DNA of 64,000 nt from Lama guanicoe (Eukaryota). The DNA is taken from assembly GCA_013239625.1 (NCBI GenBank), contig MU056000.1, positions 7,975,214 to 8,039,213 of the forward strand, read 5' to 3'. Made by a program: the position numbers and the translations under genes. The notes under the pieces are model-generated. The model did not search any database and was not told the origin of the DNA. It worked only from the letters and a program-made list of their open reading frames with translations. Of the stretch, positions 35,651-49,330 are shown piece after piece. Each line of letters starts with the position of its first letter. Positions within the stretch are counted from its first letter, which is position 1.

Positions 35651-37188
35651 AAGAATGGACTCTCTGCTTCATCCCTTCCTTCTTTTATTCATCCTGCTCC
35701 TAGACGTCTATTTCTAAAATTAAGTCTGATATCACTCTGCCTGCAAGAATAATGCCCACATTTCTGAAAATGGTAATTTCTAAAACCTCAGTGTTCTCTC
35801 CAACGTGCCCATCCTTCTTTCCATCACAGGACCAAGCCCCGCAAACGGACCCCTGGCTGCCGTCACTGAGCATCTTTCCCACTCTGTCCGCCAGGGTTGC
35901 ATTCCCCTCCCTCCACCTCCAAACCCGACTCATCCTTCAAAGCTTGGTGGAAATGTCTGGTCTGTAGTCTTCCTAATTCCCCAGTGGGAGTTAACCACTC
36001 TTTCTCTTTTCTCCATCAGCATATTTTCTCAAGCATATATAAACCGAGGAAGGCAGGCACTGGAACCCGTCCCATGCCATTAGTATGACAATGCATTATA
36101 CATAGTTACCAGATTATCTCCATAGTTTTTTTCTGCCTTGAGTTATCTGGCAATAGATCAGAAGCCAGATGCTTCCATCAACGTTGTTAGGAAAATAGGC
36201 TCCCTGGGCCGCGTGGGGTGAAGCAGGGGTGTCTGTTTTTCTATAGCCATTTTTTAATTGAAAAGGTACCAGAATGATCATATCATCCATTGGATGAAGA
36301 ATCAAGCTATTCATCATTCAGTTGCCTTGGAAACAGGAAGAATTTAGCTTTCTTGATCTGCTATCTTTACAGAACGTACGGGTTCACCTTGGGCCCTGTT
36401 ATGCAAGGCACAGCTATCTTTAAAATGTAGGGTGTGCTTTTATATCCACACGTATGCACAGGACTGTCTGATGCTTTGATCTTTCACTGTGTTGCTGAGT
36501 CAAAATGCCTGAAAGGCTGGGCTTGCGTTGTGCCCAATGAAAAGGTAGAGAGAACCAAGTTTGATCTCAAATTCATACAATCCAGTCTTCATAGTGACAG
36601 CTCCACATTCTGCTTCAAAACTGAGGATTACCACCTTCACGGGGACTGCGCTTCCCGTCTGTAGCCCTCTCCGGGACAACACAGTGTCCCGGAGTTCCGG
36701 GAGGTGCCCGCCGACGTGACTGCTGTCCCTGACGTGAGTGGGCCCCTGAGGACGCCACGTGCCAGGGAGATGAAGCTACTTTGCTCAAAGTGAGACCTCA
36801 AGGCTCTTTTCCTGAACTGCCTCAAGTCACTTATCAGTCCCTGGGGTCAAATTAGTCTCCATGGTTTATCTTGACTCTTCCCACACGCCACACTCAGAAG
36901 TGGTTTCATCCTCTCTTTCTCTGCTTTTGAGTCAGTAATGAAGTGAGACGAGATCAGAGTCCATGTCCGTGAGATAATACCCAAACCACAGAGAAGTGTG
37001 TGTGTGTGAGCATATGGTTATGGGTGTGCGTGTGTGTGCGCGCATGTGTTCACGGACGCAGAGCACAAAGCAAAGGGGCCAACTGGTGGAGGCAATGTTG
37101 AAAGGAGTAACTTCTTATTCTCCCATTAGACTACATGAGGCCCGCTTTGTGATGGACATGTGGTAAAGAGAGTAACGGGCCAAGGAGC

Positions 37189-37224
37189 TAAGGGTTAGGG
37201 TTAGGGTTAGGGTTAGGGTTAGGG
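37189..37224 (+). repeat. Short interstitial telomeric sequence: TAAGGG(TTAGGG)5
   Basis: Five perfect TTAGGG at 37195-37224, with a degenerate unit before and TTTAGGG shortly after. Confidence 0.95.
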
Positions 37225-37646
37225 TGATCGTTAGTTTTAGGGTAAGTGTGAGTGTTGCTGAAGCTTTTAAAGTGGAATCCTTTTATGCTCCTCTTAAATG
37301 GTGCTCAATAAACAATTTTCTACAGGAAAAAAATCAGTTCCATAAGAAAGCATCAGTACATAGTTTGGTTTAACTACATAAAAAACGTGGATTAGAGAAG
37401 ATTTTGCAGAATAAAGAAAATTTATCACTTTTAAGTACATTCATTACATTGGACTCACAGTGCTGCCTATTAAAAGCCCTGCTTTAATCACCGCATGTGA
37501 AAATGTTGTGTAATTAGTATTTTAAATTGCATGCCTGAGAAACATGACCCTTTACTTAGATTATAATTACATTTTTTTTTAAATCAAGCTGTCAATCTAC
37601 TGCATTTGCAAACCTGCTTGTAACTTACCACATATTGGTTTAGAAG

Positions 37647-37826
37647 CAGGGGGTAAGCAATCTTTTTCTGGAAAGATCCAGAAAGATTTGAGGTTTTGTG
37701 GGACAGTCTCACACTTACTCAGCTCCTCCTTGTAGTGCAAAAACAGCCACAGACAATACACTAAAAAGAGAGCATGGCTGTGCTATGATAAAACTTTATT
37801 TAAAACTCCGGCTGTGGGCCGGATCT
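37647..37826. mobile_element. MER58A-like hAT-Charlie MITE
   Basis: CAGGGGGTAAGCAATCTTTTTCTGGAAAG...GCAAAAACAGCCACAGACAATAC...GCATGGCTGTGCTATGATAAAACTTTATTTA. Confidence 0.8.
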
Positions 37827-39859
37827 GTCAATCTGGATTTAGGGAACGTAGGTTCACAGTCCCGCCCAGGCTCCATTAACCCAAAACTCAAAATTAGTGA
37901 TGAACTGCAAGCAATGTGAAGTCTCTGTTAATGTTTAAATAGGTGTTAGTTTCTTTTTTAGTTTGAAAAATGAATTTAGCTGCATTCAAGGCAAAAGCAA
38001 TCAGAAGCAATTAATAATAATGCAAATGCAGGCAACATTTGTAATGGCTTAGATCTTCCGTTTGGATGTACCACAGTCTATCTGCTTCATGTATTAACAA
38101 ATATTTGAGCTCTTCCAGTGGGCTGGGTGGTGGGTAAAGAGAAGTAAACCCAGCTACCCACTAGCAGGGCTCCTGCTCCCGTGGGGTCTGAAAGCCTTCA
38201 GTGCCTTGCTCATTGCAACTCGAGCGCTGAGGCCGCCTGGCGCCTAGGAGGCATTCAAAACACTTCTGTTGACTGACTGAACTGCTGCAGCCTGTCTGAC
38301 ACAGCTGAAGTGCGTCCTTATCTTCCCCTCAGACTTAATTCCTCCTCCTGCCTTCATGGCTTCTATTTATAACTTTGTTTTCTAAGGTTTAAAACCCGGA
38401 AGTCATCTCTGGTGACGGCGCCCGGATCCAACCCCTCCCTCCATCCCACACGCTGTAATCACGGTAATCTTCCTACAACTCAGCCCTGATTCTGTCAGTC
38501 CTCATTCATAACACCTGGGGAGTCGTCCTTTACTTTCAAAGACAAAGGCCCGCGGCTCTCAGATGCGGACAGCGTCCCGTCCCGGGGCCCAGGTTCCCCT
38601 GTGCTCTCCCTCTGACTTGCCCGGTGACTCGCCCCAGCAGGTCCCCCTCTCATGACCCTCTTACCCTGTGAGGCACTGGCACCACTCCCCCCCCTCCCAC
38701 CCCAGCACCCTGGACAGCTTGGCGTTTTATCCTTCCAGGATAACTTTATCTCCACTTCAAAACACTATTAAAATCAATTTCCACCCCCCTCCACCCTCCT
38801 CCTTGTGGAGAATTACAGGACGCCGGCATTGCCTGTGCTCCACAGCTCCCTTCGTCCTGACTGCATCCTGCTGGAGCAGGTGGAAATCTGAACATCACTA
38901 ATCTTTGGTGCAGAAAAGCGACTGCCTCCTTTTCCTCTCAATAAACACCAGTTGGTTCCAGAGCTTCTCTATTCGCTTGAGTCTGACACTCTCTTCCATC
39001 CTGTTCAGAATCTGGTGCTTTTTCAGTTCCAGTCAACTCCGAGAGACATGTCTGATTTTCATCCCTGTCACCCAGAGGAAAAACCTCTTGTTCAGAGTGC
39101 TTTCCCCTCCCCCTCTCTCCTCCCTGAGCAGGACATGGGTCATCGGCAGGGAGCAGGGCTGCGGGCTCCACGGTGCCGAGGTCCAAGGGTAGCAGGGACT
39201 CCAGCCTCAAGGACAGCACCCCTCTTGGCCTTCCTGGTCCCACTTTCTCCTTCAGGCCCTTGATACTCCGGACCCTTCTGCAGGGATCCTGTGGAAGTGT
39301 CTGGAATCCCTGCAGGAGAGGGGAGGTCCCACCGCGCCAGGCTGCTGTCCCACTCTACTTGGGCCCTCCCAGAATTCCACCTGGGACAGCCACCAGCTCC
39401 TCTCTGGGGTTTCTGACATGTCACCCCTACCCAACCTGGCTGAACCCCAGACAGGGGATGGGGCCTGCTGGGTGCCTTCCTGAGGGTCCCAGGCAGTGGC
39501 AAACTCCAGACTCACCGCCTCTGAATTTCCGGACCCTCTGACTCCTACCTGATCCTTCAACTTCTTTCCAGAATTCAGGAAGTCTGCTCCGGTGTTCTCT
39601 CTGGATTCCTGCCTGCTCTCCGGTCAGCCTCCAGCTGTGGTTTGGGGACCCCGTAAGTCTTCTCCCTCTATCTACATCACAGCCTGGCTTCTTAAAATCA
39701 AAGAATCTTACTGGCAAACTAAAATTTAGTTAACCACTTTTAAATATCTGTTTGCAGCTTAAAGTTGATCAGCCATCTTCTGGTTCCTGGATCTCTCTCT
39801 TGGTGAAGAAGTGAATATCTTGGCTGCAGTGGGGAAGGGGGCAACCAGGTGTGGCTGGT

Positions 39860-40034
39860 GGCATTGCCAGATACAAAACAGGATGCTCAGTGAAATGTGA
39901 CTTTCTGGCAAACAACTGACAGATTTTTAGCATAAGTGTGTCCAAAATATTGTGTAGATCATATGGTACTAAATATAAATGACTGTTTATCTGAAATTTG
40001 AATTTAACTGGGCATCACGTATTTTAATTTTGCT
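39860..40034. mobile_element. MER53-like palindromic hAT MITE
   Basis: TTGCCAGATACAAAACAGGATGCTCAGTGAAATGTGA...TGTTTATCTGAAATTTGAATTTAACTGGGCATC. Confidence 0.8.
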
Positions 40035-41159
40035 CCAAAAATAACTGTTAAATCTAATTTCCCAGTTTCTCTATTCGGTTGTGGTCACAAGAATTCTAAA
40101 TAGAAACAGGTTTGGCTAGTAGCTGACGATTCGCCAGGAACAAAAGACATTAGTTTAATATTTCCAAAATTATGGTCTTTATACGACATTGAACTATTAA
40201 AAGTGGAGCAGATAAAACAATAACCCCATAGGGTGGTCTCTTTAACAGAGGAGTACAGCTTTTTGTTATCATTTTATTAAAGATGCTACAATTTAGAGAT
40301 TAGTAGAGACCTTAAATTATCTTATACTCCATGTTTCTAAAATATTACGCTAATTTATAAATAATTCTATACTGTTGACTTTTTTTTGCATTTCACCAGC
40401 TTTTATTGTAAAATATCAGGGCAGTTTTTATTTTAGAATTGTCATTGTTAGCACAACTTGAAAGAATCACTGGAAAATTACAATGAATAATATTTCGATT
40501 TAATATGTATTATCAATACATATATAAATGAGGATATACATTTATGTTAAACACAGGAAATTCAGGGATCAATTGATTTTTGTGACTGGTTAACAGAAAT
40601 ACACAGCATTTCAACTTTTCCCCTCAGTAATTCTGAGAGCTAATTGATTCTGTAGAACATGCTGGAGTTGTTATTAAAAACTTCTATTTTCAGTGTTCTA
40701 GTTCAATGGCATACTCATTGGTCCAGGCTGGGCAGGCTTTGCCTTGGCCATGGAAATGGATGGTTAAAATTCCTAGTCTCTGGTTGGTCCTACACAGTAA
40801 GCCTCATGGCAGAGTTTGACTTGAGTGAATCTGTAAGTAACACTGGGCTGGAACACTCAGATGTCTTCTAGCCAGTGGACAGAAACTAATTTCAGATAAT
40901 TCTCGAGCAGTGAATAAAAAAGGCCACTTTTGGCTATTATTCACCTGACTAACGTGCTTCCGGAGACCAAAAGGGAAGAGACATTTGATATCATTCACTA
41001 TGATTTCTTTTTACAGTTCTTTTTATTATGAAGACTTCTAAAGGTTAAAACTGATTCCAGACCTCAACTAAAAGGTTATAGCCAAGAAAAAAATACTATC
41101 TCCAGAATATCTAATTGGCCACATTTTTTTTAAGTTGAAAATCAGGATCAACACGACCA

Positions 41160-41400
41160 TTTATTAGACTCTCATTAGCTGCCAGATATATTCTAAGTAC
41201 TTAAGATCCAATTAGCTTTTTTAATCCTTAAAAGAGCTCCACGAGGGAGGCAGTACTGCTTTATCCCCATGTGACAGACCAAGAAACTGAGTTTATTAAG
41301 GTTTATCACCTAGCTTAGGGTCACACAGCCAGTTAGCAAATGGGGACTTGCACCCATTTACCATAGATTCTGCAGTTTCATCTGCCGTACGCCATTTACT
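41160..41400 (-). mobile_element. MIR SINE
   Basis: TTATCCCCATGTGACAGACCAAGAAACTGAG...GGGTCACACAGCCAG. Confidence 0.7.
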
Positions 41401-42149
41401 GTATCCTCTCTTCCCTGATAACAGCTTCTGGGTGCCTCTGGCAGCATTGTCAGCTAGAAAAATAAGACTTTAATTCCCAGAAAGCACACTTAGGAACATT
41501 CTTGCATAATTTCTAAATCTTATTACTTCTTGTCTCATTTTTTGCCTGTAATATATAATAGATTCCAAATGATGCCCTGGATTGAATTTTGAACATCTCA
41601 CAAACCTTTATGCCTTCCTATATTGTACTCTGTCCTTTTAAAGTATAGTTCTTGAGCTAATCATTAGTCATTTGTAATTATCTTTTCACTTGAACTAATT
41701 CCTTTCAGCCAAGAGCGTATCTTCTACACACAAGGTGCTTTCAAATTCTGAATATCACCATTCCTTTACATTCAAGTGATGATTATTATTTTATGTAATA
41801 TATAACGTAGAATTTTAAAGCAGCACTTCTCAACCTGGAGTTCCCAGACCTCTGGATGGAATTCCCTAGCCCTCAAGTTAACAGTGGAATTCTAGATGGA
41901 ATGTTGCCAATATGTGAATAAAGACAAAGTTGGTACTGTGAAGATGTGCACAGCTTTCACTAGATTTCTTTTTTTTTTTTGGAGTCCACGACTTCAGATG
42001 TAGTACCAAAGCATTAAGGTACTAAAATAATACCTGGATTTTGACTCTACTTTGTACTGGAGCTCCTGCCAAAGCTGAGCAGAGTCCTCAGGTTAAGAGT
42101 CCAGGGGCAGGTGTGGTGTCCCAGAGGTGCTCAGAGGTGCCCAGGAACC

Positions 42150-44335
42150 TTTTGTCTCCCGGGTGATCTTCAGGATTTGAGTTTCAGACTCCTGACTTTG
42201 ACAGACTCAGGGAATCTTACTATTTCTTTGAAAACACAAGGAGGCCTTCAACATGCAGACCCTCTCACTTTCCACTATCCATCACCTACGTGGCGCTGTC
42301 CCCGGCAGCCAACACAGAGCCTAGCTGCGTCCACCTCGTGTTCCTCTGTCCCTCCACTGTCACCTGGCAGAATGCATAGGCTGGTGACATCTGGCTGGCT
42401 GTCTACTCTGCCTTGGGTCGTGCATATCACTGAAGATGACCCCTAAGCCAAGCCACGGGGCCTCTCTTTAGCCTTTGACCTCTCACCTCAAGTGGGCTCT
42501 CAGTCCTGCCCCGAAATCCCGCCTCTGTTCTGCAGTCCATGCACCCTCCAGCTCCCTGCGATGTGAGCTCACACCTGCTGCCTGATCCCCCAGCTCCCAA
42601 GGCCCCCACCAAGCTCCACTGAGAACCTGGCTCTTATCTTCGCTAGAAAACAAAAGCAGGCCCCCTCTCTTCACCAGACCTTGCAATGCAACTATGTCTG
42701 CACCAATCTCCTCTGCCTTTCCTTTTCTTCAAATTAATAAACCGTCCCCCTACCCTTTGGTGCCTCTAAATCCACTCTCCCAGATGCAAGGTCCTTACCT
42801 ACAATTCTTCCTCTCTCCTGCATCACTAATCTGTAATCCTTCTTCTGGGGCATTCCCACCAGCATTAAAACATGCTGTAAAATCTCGTCTGAAATAAAAC
42901 CAAGCAAGCATGTGCGTGCACACACACACGCGCGCGCACGCGCACTCTTGACCCTACACATACCTCTAGGTACTGCACTATTTTCCTTTCTCTGCTCTCT
43001 TCAGGAAAAAAAAATTCCTACTAATGTCTAAATTGATAATAGTACCAAAAAGAAAATACTCATAATGATAGCAAACACCTACGTAATGCCAAACCCTGTT
43101 TTAATTATTTTGCACATCTTATCTGGTTACTCCACCCAACAATCCTATTGCTGTTAACAAGCAGGCAAGGGCTGTTACCATCCTTATTCTACATGTGAAA
43201 CCAGATTGAGTCACAAAGAGGTTAAATGACTAGTCCAAGGTCACATCAGCCAGGACCCAGATGAGCTAAGATGCAAACCAAGGTAGCTCACATTTTCAAC
43301 TGCAGACTCTACTGTCTCTGTGAATATTATCCATATTTGATGTCTACATTTCCTTACCTGTACTCTGCTGGATCCAGTAAATTCAGGGCTGAGCACCCTG
43401 CCCCCTAAAACCTCATGCTGTGAAATCCAATGACTAATTCTCAGTCCTCATTGTCCTAGTCCTGTCAGCAGCAGTGGCAACCCGGATTACTTCCTCTTTC
43501 CCTGGCTGCTGTCTTCTAGATGCCAGAACACAGCATTGCCCTTGGTCTCCTAGCTCACTCCGTTTTCCCTGTGAGATCCTCCGCTCTTCCAAGCCTTTAC
43601 AGCTGTGAGGGCCCCTGCGTATCTTCTCTTGTTTCTCGGTTTGGGATTTACATGCTGCTAATTCCCAAAGTTTTCTCTCACCTACCCCCTCAAGCTCCAA
43701 TTGCCAGGCTCCACTTGGATATAAAATAGTATCTCAAAAAAAAAAAAATGGACTAGCCTCAACCTGTTTCCACCTACCCCCTTCCTCCGGCCTCCCAACC
43801 TGGGTATCTCCTGGAATTGCCCATCTTAGGAAGCAGAATCCCCGTTCTTTCTGCCACTCAGGATAGAACCACAGCAGTTGTCCTTACTTCCTCCTTGTTT
43901 CTAAAACTCTAAATTCAATTCTCCAGTCCATCCTTGGGGCTCCAACTTCAACATACTTTAATTCACAAGCACCAACCAGGTCTGTGCCTCAGGGCCCTTG
44001 CACTGACTGCTGCCAGCAGCTCAAATGCTCTTCTCCCAGATGTCAGCTCTTACTTGTCTCTATTCAAATGTCACTCCCATAGAAAACCTTTCCCTACTGC
44101 CTTGTGTAAAGCAGCACCCCACTTAATTCTCCAGCACCTTATCTTGTTTTATTTTCTTCAGAACACTTTATCTACTTGTGATTGTAGTTCTTTGTTTAAT
44201 GTCCCTTTCCTCTGACTACTACGTAAGCTCCAACAGAGTAGAAACAGTGTCTGTTTCCCAATACCGGGAACAGTGCCCGGTCCCCGGATGATGCTCTGAT
44301 GCTCATGTAAGCATTTGTCAAATAAAGAATGTTAA
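42150..44335 (+). mobile_element. Long degraded LINE-2 with a nested minus-strand MIR (~43050-43320)
   Basis: Pyrimidine-rich L2-like tracts (TTCTCAGTCCTCATTGTCCTAGTCCTGTCAGCAGCA; CCTCAGGGCCCTTGCAC; GACTACTACGTAAGCTCCAACAGAG) ending in an L2-type tail. Confidence 0.7.
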
Positions 44336-47300
44336 GTGCCTACACCATGATTTTTTTGCAATATAGATATCTTTAGGATTACACAAAAGAAATATTTCTA
44401 AATTTAAAAATGTACGTTCAACGAACATCCTAGTTAAAGTAATTCTGTCAAATCATTTGCAAAATTTTTTGCATGACAAATCATAGGGTATGTCCGCAGT
44501 TCTAGTCAGTGTTTCGTATTTGGAGTTTCTATAAACGACGGTCAGAATATTTTAGTACATCCTACTTTACTCCAAAACGGGTCTTGTATTTCCTGTTGCC
44601 ATGAAGCCATCGTGCCCGCGGCCTCACCAAAGCAGCTGAAGAAGCCCATGCACTGACCCGGTATTTGAGAACAGTGATCACACCTGAAAGGGAAATAATG
44701 CCCAGCGGTCTGTGCCATCCTACACGGAGTTCACCTGTGAGCTCACTGGTCACAGGCACTGCTAACTCACACTCAACTGGCACAGTCTACTTACGGGAGA
44801 AGAAACCATCAGAAGGAAATTAAGTTGATGCTCAAATACATTTTGCGCAACTCTCTTTTTTCTTTAGGTTTTGTCAATTCAGTCGACAGGTTTTGGCAGG
44901 AAAGAGTTCTTTAGGAATATTAACATAGTTTGCTTTCACTCATATAAGTAAAGTTGCTTCAGTTTTTTTTTTTCACTAGGTTTTCTGTTTATCTAAATAT
45001 TGGTGCCCTCAGACAAACCACTGACTAAATTATGGTTTAAAAAAAAAAACTTCTGTGGGTGAAGAAATAGTTCTGAATATTAAATATTTAATCAGCCCAC
45101 AAAATGAAAACGAAAAGTACCTTAAAGCAGAACTAAAAAAAAATACTCTTTCATCTTCAAAAACTCTGGAAAGTAACACCAATTCTTAAGATTCAGGAAA
45201 CAGAATTTAACATAGCTTTATGAAACCTATTATCCAGCTTGATAAATATGTTGTCCTCAAAATATTATGCAATAAATTATATCTACTATGTTAAAAATTC
45301 ACACACATTATCCTTTCTCAAATAAATGCAAAGCTTCACAATGCATTGTAAAAATCAGCTTATCACCTTTCTGCAACATGTAACATAAAACAAAAGTGGG
45401 ATCAGATCCACCGCCAGGCAATTCAAACAGTTTGGGCTATCAGAAAAATTGACATAAAGATAGATAATATTTTGTGAAATAATCATCTTCTATACATGCA
45501 CATTGCTGCACCAAAAAGATTTACTTTTCCATTTTTGTCACTTGCAGATGTGTATGCTAATAAAAATGATCAGGTCAAATCAGTACTACATTCCAGAGGT
45601 CACCCGCTGTGTTCTGCAGTATGACTGCTGGCCCACCGTTCTGGGGGCATCTCCCCACTCTGCCCAGGTGACAGCAGTAACTGGAGACAGGTTTAAAGCT
45701 CCAGAGGACAGTCATCAAGCCAGAGACAAGTGGCCGTGACTCACTGCTAACATTACAGTATTTTTCATCACGCCTGCGCATACTGCACTGAAGACGCAGT
45801 GTAATCACTGTAAAACTCTTCCCAAATTATGGCCCTATCATTATAAGATATTTTGATAATGACGTAATAAAAGTCTAAAGTTGGGATTCTGAGAAGTTCA
45901 TAAAAGAGAGAAAGTAACAGTAGAAAGAAAAAGATGGGAGTCGCATGAGGGAACAGACTGCCGGTGCTGGAGAGACTGGAGAAGTACAGGACCAGCCACG
46001 CCCACGCACGCAAATGCCGCGAACTGGTGCTGGGTCAGGGTGTGGTCCTGGGGGGAGAGCCTTTGAACACGGAAGACTGGCTCAGAGCACTGTCCCTCCA
46101 CGTCTGATCCTAACGCAGAGGCCAGCTTCGAAGTCCGGCCCCACTTCTCCACCCCGTACGGCTTTGATTTGAGACACACGGAAATCTGATGACACCGTCT
46201 CCCAGCTCAAAGTCCTCCAGAACAACACAAAGGCTCACAGCACTGCATCCCCTAGTCGTGTTCCGTCCCTCCGCCCCTCCATACATCTGTCTGCCAAGCT
46301 GGACTTCTGCTCCCTGCATGCGCCATCCTTTCCCTTTCACGTGAAACTCATCATCAGCCTGACTTAGGAATGGCCTCTTCTCCAAACACCTCCTGCAGTT
46401 TGCCCTGGAAAGCTTTCCCCACCTTTAAATATCCCTGCTCCGACTTCCGTCGCTAAGCGTTTTCACAGCACGTGTTACAGAACAGGAACGGAAGCTCTGC
46501 CATTTTCCACAGACATCCCAAAGCTTCTTGAAAACATAGGGACATCTTAGTCATCTGTGTAATTTTAATGAGACCACAGTATCTGCTGCAGAGAATCTCG
46601 GATGACATAAGGAAGGCATAATTGCCCAAGAATATGTAATAAGCATTTGTGAATTGCCTCCAAAAAGATTAGCAACATAAATGTGCTATCCCACATAAAA
46701 GTTTCACTGAAAGTGTCGTTTCTGTATATAAAATAGAAGCAAAGTTCCATTGGGGTAATTCATGTTTTCAGTATTTTGTGGAATTGCACAATAATATATA
46801 TTCTGAGTGGCCTCTTGAATGCATTTACTGGGCAACCTCTTTTCATTTGGACAGCTACAGGATAAAAAGTTATTTTGTTACAAGCAAGAGACTTAAATAA
46901 CGTGTATGGTATAGAATGAAACTTACATTCAAAGTCAAAATAAATTTCTGTCAAAGTGTGGCTGTTCTCCTTCGGCAGGTAACCAAGCACAGGTTATGTT
47001 TTTTTTCTAATGCATTTAATACTTTCGAAAGGCTTCTATGTGTACCTCCTCTGTACGGAGAGATCTCGCCTCCAGGGAACGCTACAGGGCATTTCATTGA
47101 ACGATATGTGTAAAGTTAGCGGTCAGAGGGAAAAAGTAACACGGTCTTCCATTCCGTGGGCAGATACGATCATTTTTCAACAGTCCGTGTCCACAGCGTG
47201 GTTAATTTTATGAAGACGTGAGACACTACTTTAGCACATGTGATATAGTTCTGATTTCTATCCACACACTCTAACTCATATTCAAAGCATCTTGAAAGTC

Positions 47301-48261
47301 AGGGAGTCACACGATCTATGAAGACAAACTCGTGGAGAAAGGTAACTGATCAGTCTGTCATCAGTTAGGAATCAGTCTGCCCTCCTCCCTCCTTGTTTTT
47401 GACTTTGCACCCCCCACCCCCACCCCTGCCAAGGAGCATCACATCCTGACAACTTCCTGAGGGCAACTGACAAGGCTCGGGGTTGCTACCCTCATTTCAC
47501 ATTTCTTCCAAATACTTCACACTTTATGTTTACTTTCTCCTAATCTCTAGGGTAGTTTTAAAAGATGGTGGACAACAAAGGCAATGCTCTTCGGATTCAA
47601 AGGCTGTAAAATCAGCCCTCGTTTCTCTCCTCCACTAGAAATACCTGCTTCAAAGAGGTCTCTTTGGCAACTTTGACTTAGAAGGTAAGATTCTGCCACG
47701 TCCTTCCAACACCCCATACCCAGTAACCATGGTCAGTTTGGGGAAGAGACTCACACTTTCTCTGTATTATTCCAGTGCTAAAAATTATGAATGTTGTCAA
47801 ATGAAATATAAGTAAAAGTGAAAGAAGAAAAGACCTATAAAGTGAACTGTACTATTAGTAAACGGACTCAGACAGTGGCATGAAATAAGTTCCTGCAGGA
47901 GACCTACGACCTGCAGGGGGTTTAAAACACACCACAGAGACTCTCGAATGACCTCACCGGGTAATCAGCTAGGGTATCAGCTTCTTTACGGTAACAGAAG
48001 AAACTTTTGCAAGGGCTTTTTTGAAATAAATATATGTCATATCTACAAAAGCCCCTAATGTTTAAATCTAATAACTTTATTAAAAACCTAAATTGACATT
48101 AGCTTGCCATTACTCAGTCTCCATTAAAATATAGTGGTCTTTCATGGTCCTTACTTTCTTTTCAATGTGCTGACATATATTTTAATTAATGTTTTCCTGA
48201 TTTTTTTTCCCTAAAAGATGACTCTCAGGCACACCGATCACTAGTGTCCAGAATTAAACTC

Positions 48262-48285
48262 TGTGTGTGTGTGTGTGTGTGTGTG
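48262..48285 (+). repeat. (TG)12 microsatellite
   Basis: Direct read. Confidence 0.97.
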
Positions 48286-48430
48286 AAAACTGGATTTCTG
48301 CCAAGGTTCAACTCCTCTGCAACATCTTTTTGACTTCAAGATTTCTCAAATTATGTAGGCTCTGAGTTGGTTTTTTTTCTGCCCTCTTTTCTATCCCCTT
48401 TTCCCTTCCCTTCCCTTCTTTAGATAAATC

Positions 48431-48463
48431 TGCAGGTTTCTGTAGACCCTCCAGGGGGAGCAC
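48431..48463 (+). promoter_or_regulatory. Candidate CTCF site
   Basis: Core CCTCCAGGGGGAGC at 48448-48461, preceded by TGCAGGTTTC resembling the upstream CTCF module. Motif only. Confidence 0.4.
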
Positions 48464-48479
48464 AGAGAGAGGCAAAAGA

Positions 48480-49330
48480 GATCATACCAGAAACTGGAAC
48501 AAGGTTTCGAATTTTCCAGCAGTAAAAAGGGGAAAAGGTCTTCAGGTTGAGAAAAGGGCATGTGTAAAAGCAGCCTCGAAGGTCATGAAATTCCCCATAA
48601 AGGCAGCGTTCTGATCACACGGACGGCGGAACACAAGAGAAGGGCAGAGACAGGCTCTGAGACTCCAGGTGGTAAGAAGTTGCAGAGCCTTTTATTTTAG
48701 AGCATGCATTTGTATCTAGTCTGCAGGCAACAGAGAAGGAGTGAAAACTACTAAGAAGGGGAGAGATGGGCTCAAGGTAGTTTCGACCATGGTGATTTTG
48801 GTGGCAGGGAGGAGGATGCCTTGAACCAGAGAGCTGGGGTCAGTGGGACCGGGTGAAAGGCTTTGCATCTTTCCAGGTAGTGATGACAAGGATCTGCATT
48901 AGCGGGAAGGCTGTGGGGCTGCAGCGGGAGGCCAGATGAGGAGGGTGTGTCAGGGATGAAGCCGACGGCCAATTCTGTCATTTGTGAGGAGGGGGACTTG
49001 AGGTCCCTGCTGAGGCTTTTAGCTTAGAAGTAGAAGTCTGCACAGGGCACAGACTCGAGGAACCAAAACAGATTTAGGGACTGCGGAGATAAGACAAGGC
49101 TTTTGAGGGGTCAGGAACAATTATCCAATATATGCAAACATGGCGCCCGGGAGAGAAGGGGACATAAGCTGGGCAGGCGGGCAGTGGGCAGGTAAGCAGA
49201 TGGCAGCAGGCAATCCTGACCAGCAAGGAGCAAGGTCCTCACCCAGGACGGGAGTGCAGCCTCCACGAAGCGACAGGAATCATCAGAGCAGAGCAAGCAC
49301 CTTGCCTTCGGGGTGTTGAGATAAGGTGCT
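48480..49330 (-). mobile_element. Degraded LINE-2
   Basis: Purine-rich L2-like sequence (TCTGCAGGCAACAGAGAAGGAG; GATGAGGAGGGTGTGTCAGGGATGA). Confidence 0.55.

Noticed and set aside
47209..47254. C/D-box snoRNA-like ATGAAGA...CTGA
   Set aside because: Too short, imperfect C box and no convincing terminal stem.
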